This document shows, piece by piece, positions 10,236 to 20,526 of a stretch of 64,000 nt of DNA. Below the pieces are notes generated by a model. The model was not told where the DNA came from and made no database searches. It saw only the letters and a list, made by a program, of their open reading frames with translations. Made by a program: the position numbers and the translations under genes. Position 1 is the first letter of the stretch; every line of letters starts with the position of its first letter. This DNA comes from Actinomycetes bacterium. GTDB lineage: Bacteria; Actinomycetota; Acidimicrobiia; IMCC26256; JANYLB01. Where the stretch lies: the NCBI GenBank assembly GCA_025363815.1, contig JANYLB010000012.1, positions 14,085 to 78,084 of the forward strand, in the 5' to 3' direction.

Positions 10236-10266
10236 CTTGACCGTCCGGACAAGTCGCCCGTAGCCT
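10236..10266 (+). promoter_or_regulatory. Sigma70-type promoter (TTGACC-N18-TAGCCT) with overlapping palindrome CTTGACCG-TC-CGGACAAG; probable TetR autoregulatory operator
   Basis: -35 at 10237-10242, -10 at 10261-10266, 8-bp arms with one mismatch at 10236-10253. Confidence 0.6.
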
Positions 10267-10274
10267 CCTCGGCC

Positions 10275-10859
10275 TTGGCGCGAAAGCTCACCCAACGCGG
10301 GAAGGACCGTCGCCGTCAGATCATGGCGGAGTCGACGCGCCTCTTCGCCGAGCGCGGGTTCCATCCAACCTCGGTCTCCGACATCGTCACCAGCATCGGC
10401 GTCGGCAAGGGCGTCTTCTACTGGTACTTCTCTTCCAAGGAAGAGCTGCTCGCCCAGTTGCTCGAAGCCGCGCAGCTCGATCTCCGTCGTCGCCAGCAGG
10501 CCGCGATAGGAGAGGAACCCGATCCGGTTCGACGGATCGAGCTCGGCATCCGCGCGTCCATGCAGTGGTTCTCTGAGCACCGCGACTCGCTGACCCTGTT
10601 CCAGTTCGCCGCTACAGAGGAACGCTTCGCGCCGGTGCTGCGTACCGGCCAGGAGATCGCAGTCGACGATCTCGCGCGCCACCTCAAAGACGCGGTCAGC
10701 GACGGACGCGCCGTCGACCAGGATGCCCAAGTCGTCGCCTACGCGATCCTCGGCGTAGTGCAGCAGTTGGCCCGAACGTTCCTGTTCAGCAGCGACGAAC
10801 CCGTCGGCCGAGTCGCCGACGCTGCAGTCGCGTTCTGCCTACGCGGCCTCGAGGGTTAG
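10275..10859 (+). CDS. TetR/AcrR family transcriptional regulator
   Basis: HTH LFAERGFHPTSVSDIVTSIGVGKGVFYWYFSSKEELL; likely TTG start 10275 after promoter (ORF track start 10158). Confidence 0.92.
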   Translation: MARKLTQRGKDRRRQIMAESTRLFAERGFHPTSVSDIVTSIGVGKGVFYWYFSSKEELLAQLLEAAQLDLRRRQQAAIGEEPDPVRRIELGIRASMQWFSEHRDSLTLFQFAATEERFAPVLRTGQEIAVDDLARHLKDAVSDGRAVDQDAQVVAYAILGVVQQLARTFLFSSDEPVGRVADAAVAFCLRGLEG

Positions 10860-10886
10860 CCCGCCCGCCGGCCAGATCCGAGAGAC

Positions 10887-12062
10887 TCAGCCGAGCTTGG
10901 TGAGGGCTTTGCGAATGCCGCGGACGGCTTGACCGATGCGCTGCTCGTTCTCGACGAGGGCGAATCGGACGAACCCCTCGCCGCCAGGTCCGAAGCCGAC
11001 GCCAGGCGACACTGCGACCTTCGCTTCGCGCACCAGGTGCTTGGCGAACTCGAGGCTGCCCATCTCCAGGTACGGCTCGGGGACCGGCGCCCATACGAAC
11101 ATCGTGCCCTTGGGCTTCTCGATCTCCCAGCCCAATCGGCCGAGGCCATCGATCAGCACGTCACGCCGACCCTTGTAGATCTCGTTGACCTCGAGCGGAT
11201 AGTCGGGCGCTTCGTTCATCGCCACGATCGACGCGATCTGGATCGGCTGGAACGTGCCGTAGTCGAGATAGCTCTTCAGCTTCGCGAGCGCGGCGACACA
11301 CTCCTCGTTTCCGAGTACGAAGCCCATTCGCCACCCGGCCATCGAGAACGACTTGGTGAGCGTGTACAGCTCGACGGCAACTTCGCTGGCCCCAGGTACC
11401 TGCAGGATCGAGGGCGGCTCGTAGCCGTCGAAGCCGAGATCGGCATAGGCGAAGTCGTGCACGAGAAGCACGTCATGGCTGCGGGCGAAATCGACCATGC
11501 GCTGCATGAAGGCAAGATCGACACATGTCGTGGTGGGGTTGTGCGGGAACGACAACACGATCACCCGCGGCCGTGGCCACGAGTCCTCCCATGCCTCCAG
11601 AAGGTTCTCGAAGAAATCCTGTTGCGGCCCCAATCGCACGTGGCGCACCTCGGCGCCGGCGAGGATAGGGCCCCAGATGTGGATCGGGTATGACGGGCTG
11701 GGCACCAGCGCGGCATCGCCGGGGGCGAGGAGCGTCCACATCAGATGCGAGAAACCCTCCTTGGCTCCAATGCTCGTGCACGCCTGCGTGTCGGGATCAA
11801 TCTCGACGCCGAACTTACGGCGATAGAGGTCGCTGATCGCGAGACGGAGCTTCGGGATGCCTCGGCTGGCCGAGTAGCGATGGTTCTTCGGGTTCTGCAC
11901 CGCTTCGCACAGCTTGTCGACCGCGACCTTCGGGCTCGGCACGTCGGGGTTGCCGAAACCGAGATCGATCACGTCCTCGCCGGCTCGGCGCGCGTCCATC
12001 TTCAACGCGTCAATGGTCGCGAAGACGTACGGCGGAAGGGCGTTGATCCGGCGAAACTCCAT
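10887..12062 (-). CDS. alaC: PLP-dependent class I/II aminotransferase, AlaC-like alanine transaminase
   Basis: [51 protein letters not shown] as recalled for AlaC. Confidence 0.82.
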   Translation of the reverse strand: MEFRRINALPPYVFATIDALKMDARRAGEDVIDLGFGNPDVPSPKVAVDKLCEAVQNPKNHRYSASRGIPKLRLAISDLYRRKFGVEIDPDTQACTSIGAKEGFSHLMWTLLAPGDAALVPSPSYPIHIWGPILAGAEVRHVRLGPQQDFFENLLEAWEDSWPRPRVIVLSFPHNPTTTCVDLAFMQRMVDFARSHDVLLVHDFAYADLGFDGYEPPSILQVPGASEVAVELYTLTKSFSMAGWRMGFVLGNEECVAALAKLKSYLDYGTFQPIQIASIVAMNEAPDYPLEVNEIYKGRRDVLIDGLGRLGWEIEKPKGTMFVWAPVPEPYLEMGSLEFAKHLVREAKVAVSPGVGFGPGGEGFVRFALVENEQRIGQAVRGIRKALTKLG

Positions 12063-12132
12063 GAATGTCACGGTACCAGCCGGCTCTTTTCCCGACCGGC
12101 CGTTTGGTTCACCCGACAGGTCGAGCCCGGGA

Positions 12133-13095
12133 TCAGCGAGTTGTCGCGCCGACCTCGTGGGGCTCGGCGTAGAACTGAGAGAACCACTTCCGGAACTTCA
12201 CGATCGGACCGTCGGTGTCGGCGAGCGCCGGCACGGCCAAGAACGTCTTGTTCTCCCAGATCGGCTGGTCTTCCTGGATCTGCTTGTTGATCTCACCGAC
12301 GAACGCGTTCGCGACGCTCGACGTCGTCCGCTCGTCGTCGAACTTGCGCACCGTGAAGTTGAATCGCACCTGGGTCGAGTCGTTGTCGATCGGTGTAGAG
12401 GTGGCGACGAGCAACGCGTCGACGATGCCGGTGAACCACGTCTTCGCGACGCCTGGACCGAAGCTGTAGACGTCGATGCGACCCTCGGTCACGCCACGCG
12501 GCGTCACGTACGCCTGCTTCGACAACATGGTCGCGGTATGACCTTCGGTCACGTAGCTCTCGCACTCCGCGACCTGATCGGTACCGTGGACATAGCGGAA
12601 GTGGGCGGGGTCGACCGTGTTCTCGGCCATCTCCTGCAGGATCGTGCCGATCGTGTAGCTCGATTTGTAGTAGTCGGAGAACGCAGGGGTGCCGACCTCG
12701 TCGAAGACGGGGACGTCCCAGAGCGGTGCGATCTCGTCGGGGTGGTACCAGGCGAACACGAGGTCGTTGGCTACGACGACGGGATAGGTGCGGACGTGGG
12801 CCTTACGGTTCAGTCGGTCGCTGTAAGGGATGTTCGTGCACGCGCCGGTTCCGTCGTAGGTCCACCCGTGGAACGGGCAGCGGATACAGCCGTCTTCGAC
12901 CGCGCCGCCCACACCGAGGTGCGCGCCCAGATGCGGGCAGAACGCATCCTGCAGATGGAACTCCCCTGCTTCGTCGCGCCAGAGCACCAGCTCGCGACCG
13001 AAGTACTTCAACGCCCTGACCCCGCCGGGATCGAGATCCTCAGGTTCAGCGACCTGGTACCAGGAATACGGGATGGGGAACGGGAAACGCGGCAT
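12133..13095 (-). CDS. Rieske non-heme iron steroid oxygenase/desaturase (KshA/Neverland superfamily)
   Basis: Rieske CPHLG...CPFHGW; mononuclear iron motif [13 protein letters not shown]; C-terminal DQPIWENK...FRKWFSQFY; ATG 13095. Confidence 0.88.
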   Translation of the reverse strand: MPRFPFPIPYSWYQVAEPEDLDPGGVRALKYFGRELVLWRDEAGEFHLQDAFCPHLGAHLGVGGAVEDGCIRCPFHGWTYDGTGACTNIPYSDRLNRKAHVRTYPVVVANDLVFAWYHPDEIAPLWDVPVFDEVGTPAFSDYYKSSYTIGTILQEMAENTVDPAHFRYVHGTDQVAECESYVTEGHTATMLSKQAYVTPRGVTEGRIDVYSFGPGVAKTWFTGIVDALLVATSTPIDNDSTQVRFNFTVRKFDDERTTSSVANAFVGEINKQIQEDQPIWENKTFLAVPALADTDGPIVKFRKWFSQFYAEPHEVGATTR

Positions 13096-13103
13096 TCGGA
13101 AAG

Positions 13104-13117
13104 TGAAACACGTTCCT
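13104..13117. promoter_or_regulatory. KstR-like box (TGAAACACGTTCCT)
   Basis: One mismatch to TnnAACnnGTTnnA, 8 nt upstream of Rieske oxygenase start. Confidence 0.65.
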
Positions 13118-13162
13118 ATTTCGTGCGCAAGCCTCCCGGTCCGGGGTGTGAGCGCCCGGCGC

Positions 13163-13918
13163 TCAGGAAGGCCAAGACAATCCGGCGAGCACACCGCCGT
13201 CGATCACGAACTCCGCGCCGGTGCAGTACGAGCTCTCGTCGGACGCGAGGAACACGACGAGCTGCGCGACCTCGTCGGGCTCCCCCACCCGCCCGAGGCT
13301 CGCCAGCTTCGAGAGATAGGGACGCGGGTCGAAGCCGAGCACCTCCTTCGAGGTCATCGGTGTCGCGATGGCGCCGGGGTGGACCGAGTTGACCCTGATC
13401 CCGGCCGAGCCCAGCTCGAGCGCCGCAGTCTTCGTGATCCCCCGCACCGCGAACTTGCTCGCCACGTACGCTCCTGTGGCTGGCGCGCCGGCGATGCCGT
13501 TGATCGACGAGAAGTTGACGATCGAGCCACCACCGCGCTCACGCATCGGCGCGATGACCGCGCGGAGCCCAAGCAGCGTGCCGAAGTAGTTGACCTCCAT
13601 CATCTTGCGGAAGGGCTCGACCGAACCCTCGAGCGGGCTCATGCCGGTGATGCCGGCACAGTTCACGAGCAGGTCTATGCCACCGAACGCGGCCACGGTC
13701 GCGTCGACCGCCTGGCTCCACTCATCCTCACTCGTGACGTCGAGCTTCATCGCGCACGCAGCATCACCGAGCTCGTCGGCGAGCGTCTGGGTTGGTTCGA
13801 TACTCACATCGGCGAGCATCACCCGGGCACCTTCGCCTATGAAACGACGCGCCGTCTGCGCGCCCATACCGCTACCCGCACCCGTGACGATTGCCACCTT
13901 GTCGTCGAGCCGTCCCAC
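13163..13918 (-). CDS. SDR, 3-alpha,20-beta-hydroxysteroid dehydrogenase-like
   Basis: [33 protein letters not shown]. Confidence 0.85.
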   Translation of the reverse strand: MGRLDDKVAIVTGAGSGMGAQTARRFIGEGARVMLADVSIEPTQTLADELGDAACAMKLDVTSEDEWSQAVDATVAAFGGIDLLVNCAGITGMSPLEGSVEPFRKMMEVNYFGTLLGLRAVIAPMRERGGGSIVNFSSINGIAGAPATGAYVASKFAVRGITKTAALELGSAGIRVNSVHPGAIATPMTSKEVLGFDPRPYLSKLASLGRVGEPDEVAQLVVFLASDESSYCTGAEFVIDGGVLAGLSWPS

Positions 13919-13931
13919 CAGTCCCCCTCGA

Positions 13932-15098
13932 CTACTCGGGCTTTTGGTTTCCTACGACCCACATGCTGAAGAACTGCGAGCCGCCGCCGTAGGCCTGGCC
14001 GAGGGCGAGTCCTGTCTTCAGCTCGACCTGGTAGTCGCCGGCGCGCTCGCGCACCTGCTGCGCGGCTTCACCGAAGCGGATCATCCCCGACGCCCCGATC
14101 GGGTTCGACGAAAGCACGCCGCCCGATGGGTTCCAGGGGATGTCGCCGTCGGGCGCGGTCGCGCCGGCCTCCGTGAGCTTCCATCCGTCGCCTTCGGCGC
14201 AGAACCCGAGGTTCTCGAGCCACATCGGCTCGTACCAGGAGAACGGCACGTAGACCTCGGCCATGTCGAAGTCTTCTCGCGGGTTGGTGATGCCCGCTTG
14301 TGCGTAGACATCGGCCGCACAATCGCGCCCGGCCTGCGGATTTATCTGGTCGCGCCCAGCGAACATCGTCGGTTCTGAACGCATCGCAGTGCCGTGGATC
14401 CAGGCCGCGGGACCGGGTGCCGCGTCGGCGACGTCTTCGCTGCCGATCACCAACGCCATCGCGCCATCGGAGCTTGGGCAGACATCGAGGTAGCGGAGCG
14501 GATCCCAGAGCAGGAACGACTCCTCGACCATCTTCAGGTCGATGTCGGCCAGGTGCAGGTGAGCCTTCGGGTTCCGCAACGCGGCAAGGCGGTCTTTCAC
14601 CGCCACGAGGTGGCCGATGTGACGGGGCGCGCCCGATCGAGCCATGTACGCCCGGATCAGGGGTGCGAAGTAGCCGCCGGCGCCGGCCACGAGCGGCGCC
14701 TGAAACGGCATCCCGACGGTGAGGCCCCACGTTGCGTTGCTCTCCGACTGCTTCTCAAACGCGACGGTGAGAACTCGCTTGTGGATCCCGGCCATCACGA
14801 GCTTCGCCGCGACGATCGCGGTTGAACCTCCGACGCTGCCGGCCGTGTGTACCCGCAGCATCGGCTTGTTCGCCGCTCCGAGCGCGTCGGCCAGGTACAT
14901 CTCGGGCATGAGCACGCCCTCGAACATGTCGGGCGCCTTGCCGATCACGACCGCGTCGATGTCGCCCCAGTCCATGCCGGCATCTTCGAGCGCTTCAACC
15001 GCCGCCTCACGCACGAGGCCGGCGATCGAGACGTCGTGACGAGCCGAGACGTGACGGGTCTGGCCGACTCCCACCACTGCTGTGCGGATTCCCGCCAT
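13932..15098 (-). CDS. ltp3: Thiolase-fold aldolase subunit Ltp3 (C24-branched sterol side chain)
   Basis: GKAPDMFEG, RVHTAGSVGGST, FEKQSESNA, EVYVPFSWYEPMWLENLGF, SSNPIGASG. Confidence 0.9.
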   Translation of the reverse strand: MAGIRTAVVGVGQTRHVSARHDVSIAGLVREAAVEALEDAGMDWGDIDAVVIGKAPDMFEGVLMPEMYLADALGAANKPMLRVHTAGSVGGSTAIVAAKLVMAGIHKRVLTVAFEKQSESNATWGLTVGMPFQAPLVAGAGGYFAPLIRAYMARSGAPRHIGHLVAVKDRLAALRNPKAHLHLADIDLKMVEESFLLWDPLRYLDVCPSSDGAMALVIGSEDVADAAPGPAAWIHGTAMRSEPTMFAGRDQINPQAGRDCAADVYAQAGITNPREDFDMAEVYVPFSWYEPMWLENLGFCAEGDGWKLTEAGATAPDGDIPWNPSGGVLSSNPIGASGMIRFGEAAQQVRERAGDYQVELKTGLALGQAYGGGSQFFSMWVVGNQKPE

Positions 15099-16156
15099 CA
15101 GTTCCGCTCCCCTTCGAGCACGCAGACGAGGTTCTGTTGCAGGCACGGACCCTGGGTCGCGTGGGCAACGCCGCGATGAACCGAACCGGAATGGATCCGA
15201 CTCGCGACCTCGCCGATACGGATGAGCCCGCTCGACATGATCGGGTTCGCGCCGAGCGGGCCCCCCGAGGGGTTCACCTCGGTCTCGGGCCCGAGACCGA
15301 GGGCAACCCGCAGGATCGGCTCCTCGTGGCTGAACTGGGTGTGGAGCTCGGCAACGTCGATCGGGCCGCCGCCGACATCGGCCGCGATCGCGGCCAGCCG
15401 CGTCGACTCGGAACGGGTCAGATCGCGGACGCCCATCGACTGCGGTTCGATGCGGTGCTCGATACCCCGGATCCACGCCGGTCGTTCACACGCGTGATTC
15501 GCGATCTCGGCAGCGGCAATCACAATTGCCGCTGCGCCATCGGTGATCGGGGCAATGTCGGCGTCACGCAGCGGCGCGTGGGTCACCGGCTCACCGAGGA
15601 GCACATCGGCACTCACGTCGCGACCCGCGATCGCGTGCAGATTCGCGAGTGCGGCGCGCCGATCGCGCGCCGCGATCTCAGCCATCTCGCGCTCGTTGGT
15701 CACATTCGCCGCGATCGCCGCGCACGCCTGAAGAGCCGCTAGATCCACCGTCGACGGCCACAGCGGCATCACCGAGTACGGATCGTTCTGCAGGTTGAAG
15801 ATCTCGTGCACGTCGCCGAGCGACGACTTGCCGAACCCGTAGATCAACGCGGAGTCGACGTCGCCGACCTGGATCGCGACCCACGCTTCGTACAGCGCCC
15901 AGGCCGCGTCCATCTCCAGATGGCTCTCCTTGATCGGCGGCCACGCGCCCACGGCGTCGAGCCCCTGCACGAACGTGAACGGCCCCCCCGACAGGTAGTC
16001 ACACGAACCCGACACGGTGAAGCCGATATCGTGGCGATCGATCCCAGATTGCGCGATCGCGTCGCGCACCACCGGGATCACGAATTCGACCTCGTTGCGC
16101 TCCCGGTCATGCTCGGCAATGTCCTGCGCGAACGCAATTACCGCGACATCTCTCAT
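15098..16156 (-). CDS. ltp4: Thiolase-fold aldolase subunit Ltp4
   Basis: SGSCDYLSG, WPPIKESHLEMDAAWALYEAW, YGFGKSS, HATQGPCLQQNLV; coupled to ltp3. Confidence 0.9.
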   Translation of the reverse strand: MRDVAVIAFAQDIAEHDRERNEVEFVIPVVRDAIAQSGIDRHDIGFTVSGSCDYLSGGPFTFVQGLDAVGAWPPIKESHLEMDAAWALYEAWVAIQVGDVDSALIYGFGKSSLGDVHEIFNLQNDPYSVMPLWPSTVDLAALQACAAIAANVTNEREMAEIAARDRRAALANLHAIAGRDVSADVLLGEPVTHAPLRDADIAPITDGAAAIVIAAAEIANHACERPAWIRGIEHRIEPQSMGVRDLTRSESTRLAAIAADVGGGPIDVAELHTQFSHEEPILRVALGLGPETEVNPSGGPLGANPIMSSGLIRIGEVASRIHSGSVHRGVAHATQGPCLQQNLVCVLEGERN

Positions 16157-16244
16157 GCTCCACGCTCCTGGAGGGCACGGGCCGCTCGGGCCTCGGCGTG
16201 GACGCCGCCGGACGGCAACGGCGTCGATTGAATCGGTCCCGGGC

Positions 16245-17207
16245 TCATGCGTACTCCCGGTAGCTCTCGTAGGGGGCATCGGGTTCGCCGTTCGGCTCGA
16301 ACCACTTGACGCTCGCGGCGTTGGCTACGAGCACATCGGCCCAGATCGCCTTGACCCGCAGACCCATCCGGACCTCGTCGGCTGCCAGACCCTGGATAAG
16401 GCCGAACCACGGCGTGTTCGCGCCATCGAGCAGGATCTGCGCGCAGACGTAGGGGATCTCCGGCGACGTCTCCGACAGCCCGGGCACGTTCACGACGCAG
16501 TACGTAGTCACTGTTCCGACATCGGCGACCTCGACCTCGATCTCGGTGGCCTCGCCCGATGTCGGGTCAGAGCCGCGCGGCGGGAGGTACACCTGGTCGG
16601 AACCGACGGCGCGTTGGCCGATCATCTTTCCCTGCGCGAGACCGAGGAGATACTTGCTCGGCGCGGTTCCTGCGTTGATCTCGTACTCGAGGCGGGTCGG
16701 GGTGACGATACCGGTGACGGGTTCCGCGTCGGGAGCGGGCTCCGGTATCACGAGCGGCTCCGAGCCCTCCGGAACGAATGCTTCGATGTCTCGGATCGAG
16801 CCGATCCGTTCCGTACGCCACCGGGGCTGGACCCGGAGTCCGACGCTGAGTGCGTCGGGTCCATCGACGGCGACCGCGTGCAGCATCGAGGTGTCGGCAC
16901 CGTCGAGGCGGATGAGCGCCCATCCGAACGGATGGTCCAACGGCTGCTTGTCGACGCGCGGCTGGGCGACCCACGTCCAGGCGGTCACGACTCCGCACGG
17001 TCCGACCTCGACGAACTCGCCCGTCGCCTGCGCGGTGTACGGGTCGTACTCGGTCGGCGGAACGAGCACCTTCCCGTCGCTCCCCCGCACGCCCTCGATC
17101 CGACCGTCACGCAACCCGGTGAGGAACCGGCCGATGACGGGACCGACGGAGCGGGTGTAGCCACCCGGGTATTCGAGGACGTGTTTCTCGACCAGCACTT
17201 CGGTCAT
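16245..17207 (-). CDS. Tandem DUF35 OB-fold protein (Rv3521-like)
   Basis: YTRSVGPVIGRFLTGLR, VPPTEYDP, LIRLDGADT; second OB domain ILLDGANT; upstream of ltp4-ltp3 as in mycobacteria. Confidence 0.88.
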   Translation of the reverse strand: MTEVLVEKHVLEYPGGYTRSVGPVIGRFLTGLRDGRIEGVRGSDGKVLVPPTEYDPYTAQATGEFVEVGPCGVVTAWTWVAQPRVDKQPLDHPFGWALIRLDGADTSMLHAVAVDGPDALSVGLRVQPRWRTERIGSIRDIEAFVPEGSEPLVIPEPAPDAEPVTGIVTPTRLEYEINAGTAPSKYLLGLAQGKMIGQRAVGSDQVYLPPRGSDPTSGEATEIEVEVADVGTVTTYCVVNVPGLSETSPEIPYVCAQILLDGANTPWFGLIQGLAADEVRMGLRVKAIWADVLVANAASVKWFEPNGEPDAPYESYREYA

Positions 17208-17258
17208 GCGGTTCCTTTCGCGTGGTGCGGCGCCAAGTCGGTAGTCGGCCAGGTTCGA

Positions 17259-18809
17259 TCAGATCGCGCGCTCGCGGCCTTCCCAGTACGGATCGCGTAG
17301 CTTGCGCTTCAGCAACTTGCCGGTTGGCTCACGCGGCAGCGCGTCCGAGAAGTCGATCGTCTTCGGCCACTTGTACTTCGCGAGCCGGGGTCGGAGGTAT
17401 TCGAGGATCTCTTCGGCGAGCGCGTCGCTCGGCTCTACACCGGGCGCGAGCTCGATGACCGCTTTGATCTGCTCACCCCAGTCGTCGTCGGGAATGCCGA
17501 ACACCGCCGCGTCGGCGACAATGGGGTTCGTCAGGATCTCGCCCTCGATCTCGGCCGGGTAGATGTTCACACCGCCGGAGATGATCATGTCGGACTTGCG
17601 GTCACACAGGAACAGGTAGCCGTCGTCGGTGAGATAGCCGATGTCGCCGACGGTGAAGAACCCGTCGAGACGGTTCTCCTCGGTTTTGGCCTTGTCGCCC
17701 TTGTATTCGAACTGCGCGGTGTCCATCTTCATGTAGACGGTTCCGGGTGTTCCGGCCTCGACGTCGTTGAACTCGTCGTCGACGATGCGCAGCGTAGAGA
17801 TGGGCCACGCGGTGCCGACGGTACCGGGATGCTCGAGCCACTGCTCGGGGGTTGCGAGCGTGCCGCCGCCTTCGGTGGCCGCGTAGTACTCGTAGATGAC
17901 CGGACCCCACCAGTCGAGCATCTTGGTTTTGACCTCGATCGGGCAGGGTGCCGCCGCGTGGATCGCCCACTGCATCGACGAGACGTCGTACTTGGCCCGC
18001 ACCTCTTCGGGGAGGGCGAGCATGCGGTGGAACTGCGTCGGGACCATGTGCGTGTGGGTGACGCCGTAGCGCTGGATCTTCTCGAGTGTGTCCTCGGGCT
18101 GCCACTTGTCCATGAACACGAGCGTGTGACCCGCGTGCAAGGCGTTTCCGCCGAAGGTGGTTACCGCGGTGTGATAATTCGGCGACGTCACGAGGTGGAC
18201 GTTCCCGCCCTGGGGCGGGATGCCGAACAGCATGAGGAACAGCGAGTTCATTTCCGCGCTGACGTCGACATCGGCGTCGACAAGGGTGCGGCGCACCCCC
18301 TTGGGCTGACCGGTTGTGCCAGAGGTGTAGTGCATCGTCTGGCCGGGGCGGCGATCATCGGGCCGGGTATCGGGCTGACCCTCGAGTAGTTCCTCAACCG
18401 GCCGGAAGCCGGGGATGGCTCCGCCGACGGAGAAGCGGGCAACCGCGGGAATGTCGAGCCCCTCGACAGCCGCGATGCCGGTCTCGGCGTAGCGCTGGTG
18501 CACGAAAAGGGTCTTCGCCTCGCAGTCCTCGACGATGTATGCGATCTCAGGACCGGTCAGGTGGAAGTTGATAGGGGTGAGGTAGAAGCCGGCCTGGGTC
18601 GCGGCGAGGAACAGCTCGACCGGCGCGATGCCGTTGGGCAGCATCGCGGCGATGGCATCACCGGGCTGGAGGCCCAGGCCGCGCAGACCGTGCACCAGCC
18701 GGTTCGACCGCGCGAGAAGCTCACCGGCCGAGTACTCGGTGCCATCGGGGTCGACGACCGCGAGATACGACGGATCTTCGGTCGCATGGACCCAGAACCC
18801 ACCGGCCAT
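17259..18809 (-). CDS. Acyl-CoA synthetase (AMP-forming)
   Basis: YTSGTTGQPKG, EYYAATEG, GDIGY, DRKSDMIISGGVNIYPAEIE, PTGKLLKR; SD-like GAGGGGG before ATG 18809. Confidence 0.93.
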   Translation of the reverse strand: MAGGFWVHATEDPSYLAVVDPDGTEYSAGELLARSNRLVHGLRGLGLQPGDAIAAMLPNGIAPVELFLAATQAGFYLTPINFHLTGPEIAYIVEDCEAKTLFVHQRYAETGIAAVEGLDIPAVARFSVGGAIPGFRPVEELLEGQPDTRPDDRRPGQTMHYTSGTTGQPKGVRRTLVDADVDVSAEMNSLFLMLFGIPPQGGNVHLVTSPNYHTAVTTFGGNALHAGHTLVFMDKWQPEDTLEKIQRYGVTHTHMVPTQFHRMLALPEEVRAKYDVSSMQWAIHAAAPCPIEVKTKMLDWWGPVIYEYYAATEGGGTLATPEQWLEHPGTVGTAWPISTLRIVDDEFNDVEAGTPGTVYMKMDTAQFEYKGDKAKTEENRLDGFFTVGDIGYLTDDGYLFLCDRKSDMIISGGVNIYPAEIEGEILTNPIVADAAVFGIPDDDWGEQIKAVIELAPGVEPSDALAEEILEYLRPRLAKYKWPKTIDFSDALPREPTGKLLKRKLRDPYWEGRERAI

Positions 18810-18853
18810 GCGTTTCCCCCTCGAGTCGCGTCCTCCGTGCGGAACGGCCCAAG

Positions 18854-18867
18854 TAGAACACGTTCTA
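18854..18867. promoter_or_regulatory. KstR operator (TAGAACACGTTCTA)
   Basis: Exact match to TnnAACnnGTTnnA in divergent ligase/echA19 intergenic region. Confidence 0.88.
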
Positions 18868-18925
18868 TTCGGAGGCCGCAACACGTTGGGCGGGCCCGCC
18901 CGATGAGCCCGCAACCGGCTCGACG

Positions 18926-18939
18926 TAGAATCGGTTCCA
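18926..18939. promoter_or_regulatory. Second KstR-like box (TAGAATCGGTTCCA)
   Basis: One mismatch to consensus, upstream of echA19. Confidence 0.65.
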
Positions 18940-18986
18940 CCACTCGGAAGCTCCGGGTGTCCCCTACGAGGAGCGCACCGAGACCC

Positions 18987-19799
18987 ATGGCCGACTTGCT
19001 GCCAATGAGCACCAGGCACTGCACCGTCGAGCGCGACGGCCATGTCGTCACGTTGACGATGAACCGACCCGAGGCTCGCAACGCCCTGAGCCCCGACATG
19101 CTCGTCGGCCTCGCCGACGGGTTCACCTACGTCGACGAGACCCCCGAGGTCCGCTGCGCGATTCTCACCGGTGCCGGCGGAACCTTCAGCTCCGGTGCCG
19201 ATCTCAAGGCGATGGGAACCCCTTCTGACGACGCGCACGTGCGCGAGCGAATGGCGTCGGAACCGAACCTGCACTGGAAGGGTCTGCTGCGCGATTACCG
19301 CCTGAAGAAGCCGCTCGTCGCGGCGATCGAGGGCTACGCCGTCGCCGGAGGGACCGAGATGCTTCAGGGAACCGACGTCCGCGTCGCGGCCGACACCGCG
19401 ATCTTCGGGGTATGGGAAGCACGCCGCGGGCTGTTCCCACTCGGTGGGTCGGCGGTTCGACTACCTCGCCAGATTCCCTACGCCCAGGCGATGGACATCC
19501 TCTTGTCGGCTCGACCGGTGACCGCGCATGAAGCGCTGCAGATCGGACTGATCTCGCGCCTCGCGCCAGAGGGGCACGCGCTGAGCGTCGCCCGCGCCGT
19601 GGCCGAACAGATCGCGGCGTGCGGTCCGCTGTCGACCCAGGCGATCCTGCGCGCGTTCCGCGAGACCGAAGGCATGCCCGATGCTGAAGCCATGACCCAT
19701 CAGGACACGATCGGCTGGGAGGTGTTCGCCTCCGAGGACGCCCAGGAAGGGCCGCTCGCGTTCAAGGAGAAGCGGGCACCCCGGTTCACGGGGAGATAA
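18987..19799 (+). CDS. echA19: Enoyl-CoA hydratase EchA19-like
   Basis: MNRPEARNALS, SSGADLK, AGGTEMLQGTDVRVA, EARRGLFPLGGSAVRLPRQIPY. Confidence 0.88.
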   Translation: MADLLPMSTRHCTVERDGHVVTLTMNRPEARNALSPDMLVGLADGFTYVDETPEVRCAILTGAGGTFSSGADLKAMGTPSDDAHVRERMASEPNLHWKGLLRDYRLKKPLVAAIEGYAVAGGTEMLQGTDVRVAADTAIFGVWEARRGLFPLGGSAVRLPRQIPYAQAMDILLSARPVTAHEALQIGLISRLAPEGHALSVARAVAEQIAACGPLSTQAILRAFRETEGMPDAEAMTHQDTIGWEVFASEDAQEGPLAFKEKRAPRFTGR

Positions 19800-19801
19800 C
19801 G

Positions 19802-20458
19802 ATGTCGGAAGCGGCACCGGGGTTTCCGGATGCAGCCGAGTTCGGTACACCCGAGCGGGCACAGATCGCGGAATCTGTCCGCGCCCTGATCGACACTTTG
19901 ATGCGCAACGACAACGCGGCACCGGGGACACTCATCGGTGCCGCCCAGATCGTCGATCAGGTCACTGCGTCGCTCGGCGGCGACCGACGCGCCGAAGGTG
20001 CCGGCTATCGCCCCCGCAGTCACGGCGACTACCTCCCGCGCAGCCCGGTCGTCGGCGACGCCAGCCCCCTGTCACCCCGCCTCGACTGGGAGGTCGTCGA
20101 CCGTCGCGTCTTCGCGACGGGTCGATTCGGCGCCGCCTACGAAGGCCCGCCCGGCTACGTGCACGGCGGAATGGTTGCCCTGGCATTCGATGAGGTGCTC
20201 GGCATCGTCAACATCGCCAACGACAACCCGGGGATGACCGCCACGCTGAAGATCCGGTATCGACGACCGACTCCGCTCTTCACCGATGTGCGCTTCGAGG
20301 CGTGGGTCGAGCAGGTAGAGGGGCGCCGCATCCACTCGCTCGCAGAGCTCTGGGCCGGTGACACGTTGTGCGCCGAGGCCGACGGGCTGTTCATCCAACC
20401 CCGCCCAGAGGTCGCGGCGCAGTACTTCGGTACCGACCCCGCGACCGGTTCCGGATAG
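19802..20458 (+). CDS. PaaI family (hotdog) thioesterase
   Basis: YEGPPGYVHGGMVALAFDEVLG, TATLKIRYRRPTPL. Confidence 0.9.
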   Translation: MSEAAPGFPDAAEFGTPERAQIAESVRALIDTLMRNDNAAPGTLIGAAQIVDQVTASLGGDRRAEGAGYRPRSHGDYLPRSPVVGDASPLSPRLDWEVVDRRVFATGRFGAAYEGPPGYVHGGMVALAFDEVLGIVNIANDNPGMTATLKIRYRRPTPLFTDVRFEAWVEQVEGRRIHSLAELWAGDTLCAEADGLFIQPRPEVAAQYFGTDPATGSG

Positions 20459-20479
20459 CGGATGGCGCTGCAAGCCGGC

Positions 20480-20493
20480 TGAAACCGGTTCTA
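20480..20493. promoter_or_regulatory. KstR operator (TGAAACCGGTTCTA), autoregulatory
   Basis: Exact match to TnnAACnnGTTnnA over the -35 region of kstR (-10 TACCCT at 20515-20520). Confidence 0.85.
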
Positions 20494-20526
20494 GTCAGAT
20501 TGACCTCATCCCGGTACCCTGCCGCG

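Noticed and set aside
10275-10859. TetR as kstR2
   Set aside because: HTH (SIGVGKGVFYWYF) differs from recalled KstR2 (AGILSGSLYHHF) and it is far from the ipd genes
16157-16244. 88-nt GC-rich spacer with small hairpins between DUF35 and ltp4 as ncRNA or riboswitch
   Set aside because: No recognisable conserved RNA motif; such hairpins are expected at this GC content
18854-18867. GAAC..GTTC as LexA/SOS box
   Set aside because: Spacer is 2 nt, not 4; fits KstR exactly and flanks steroid genes
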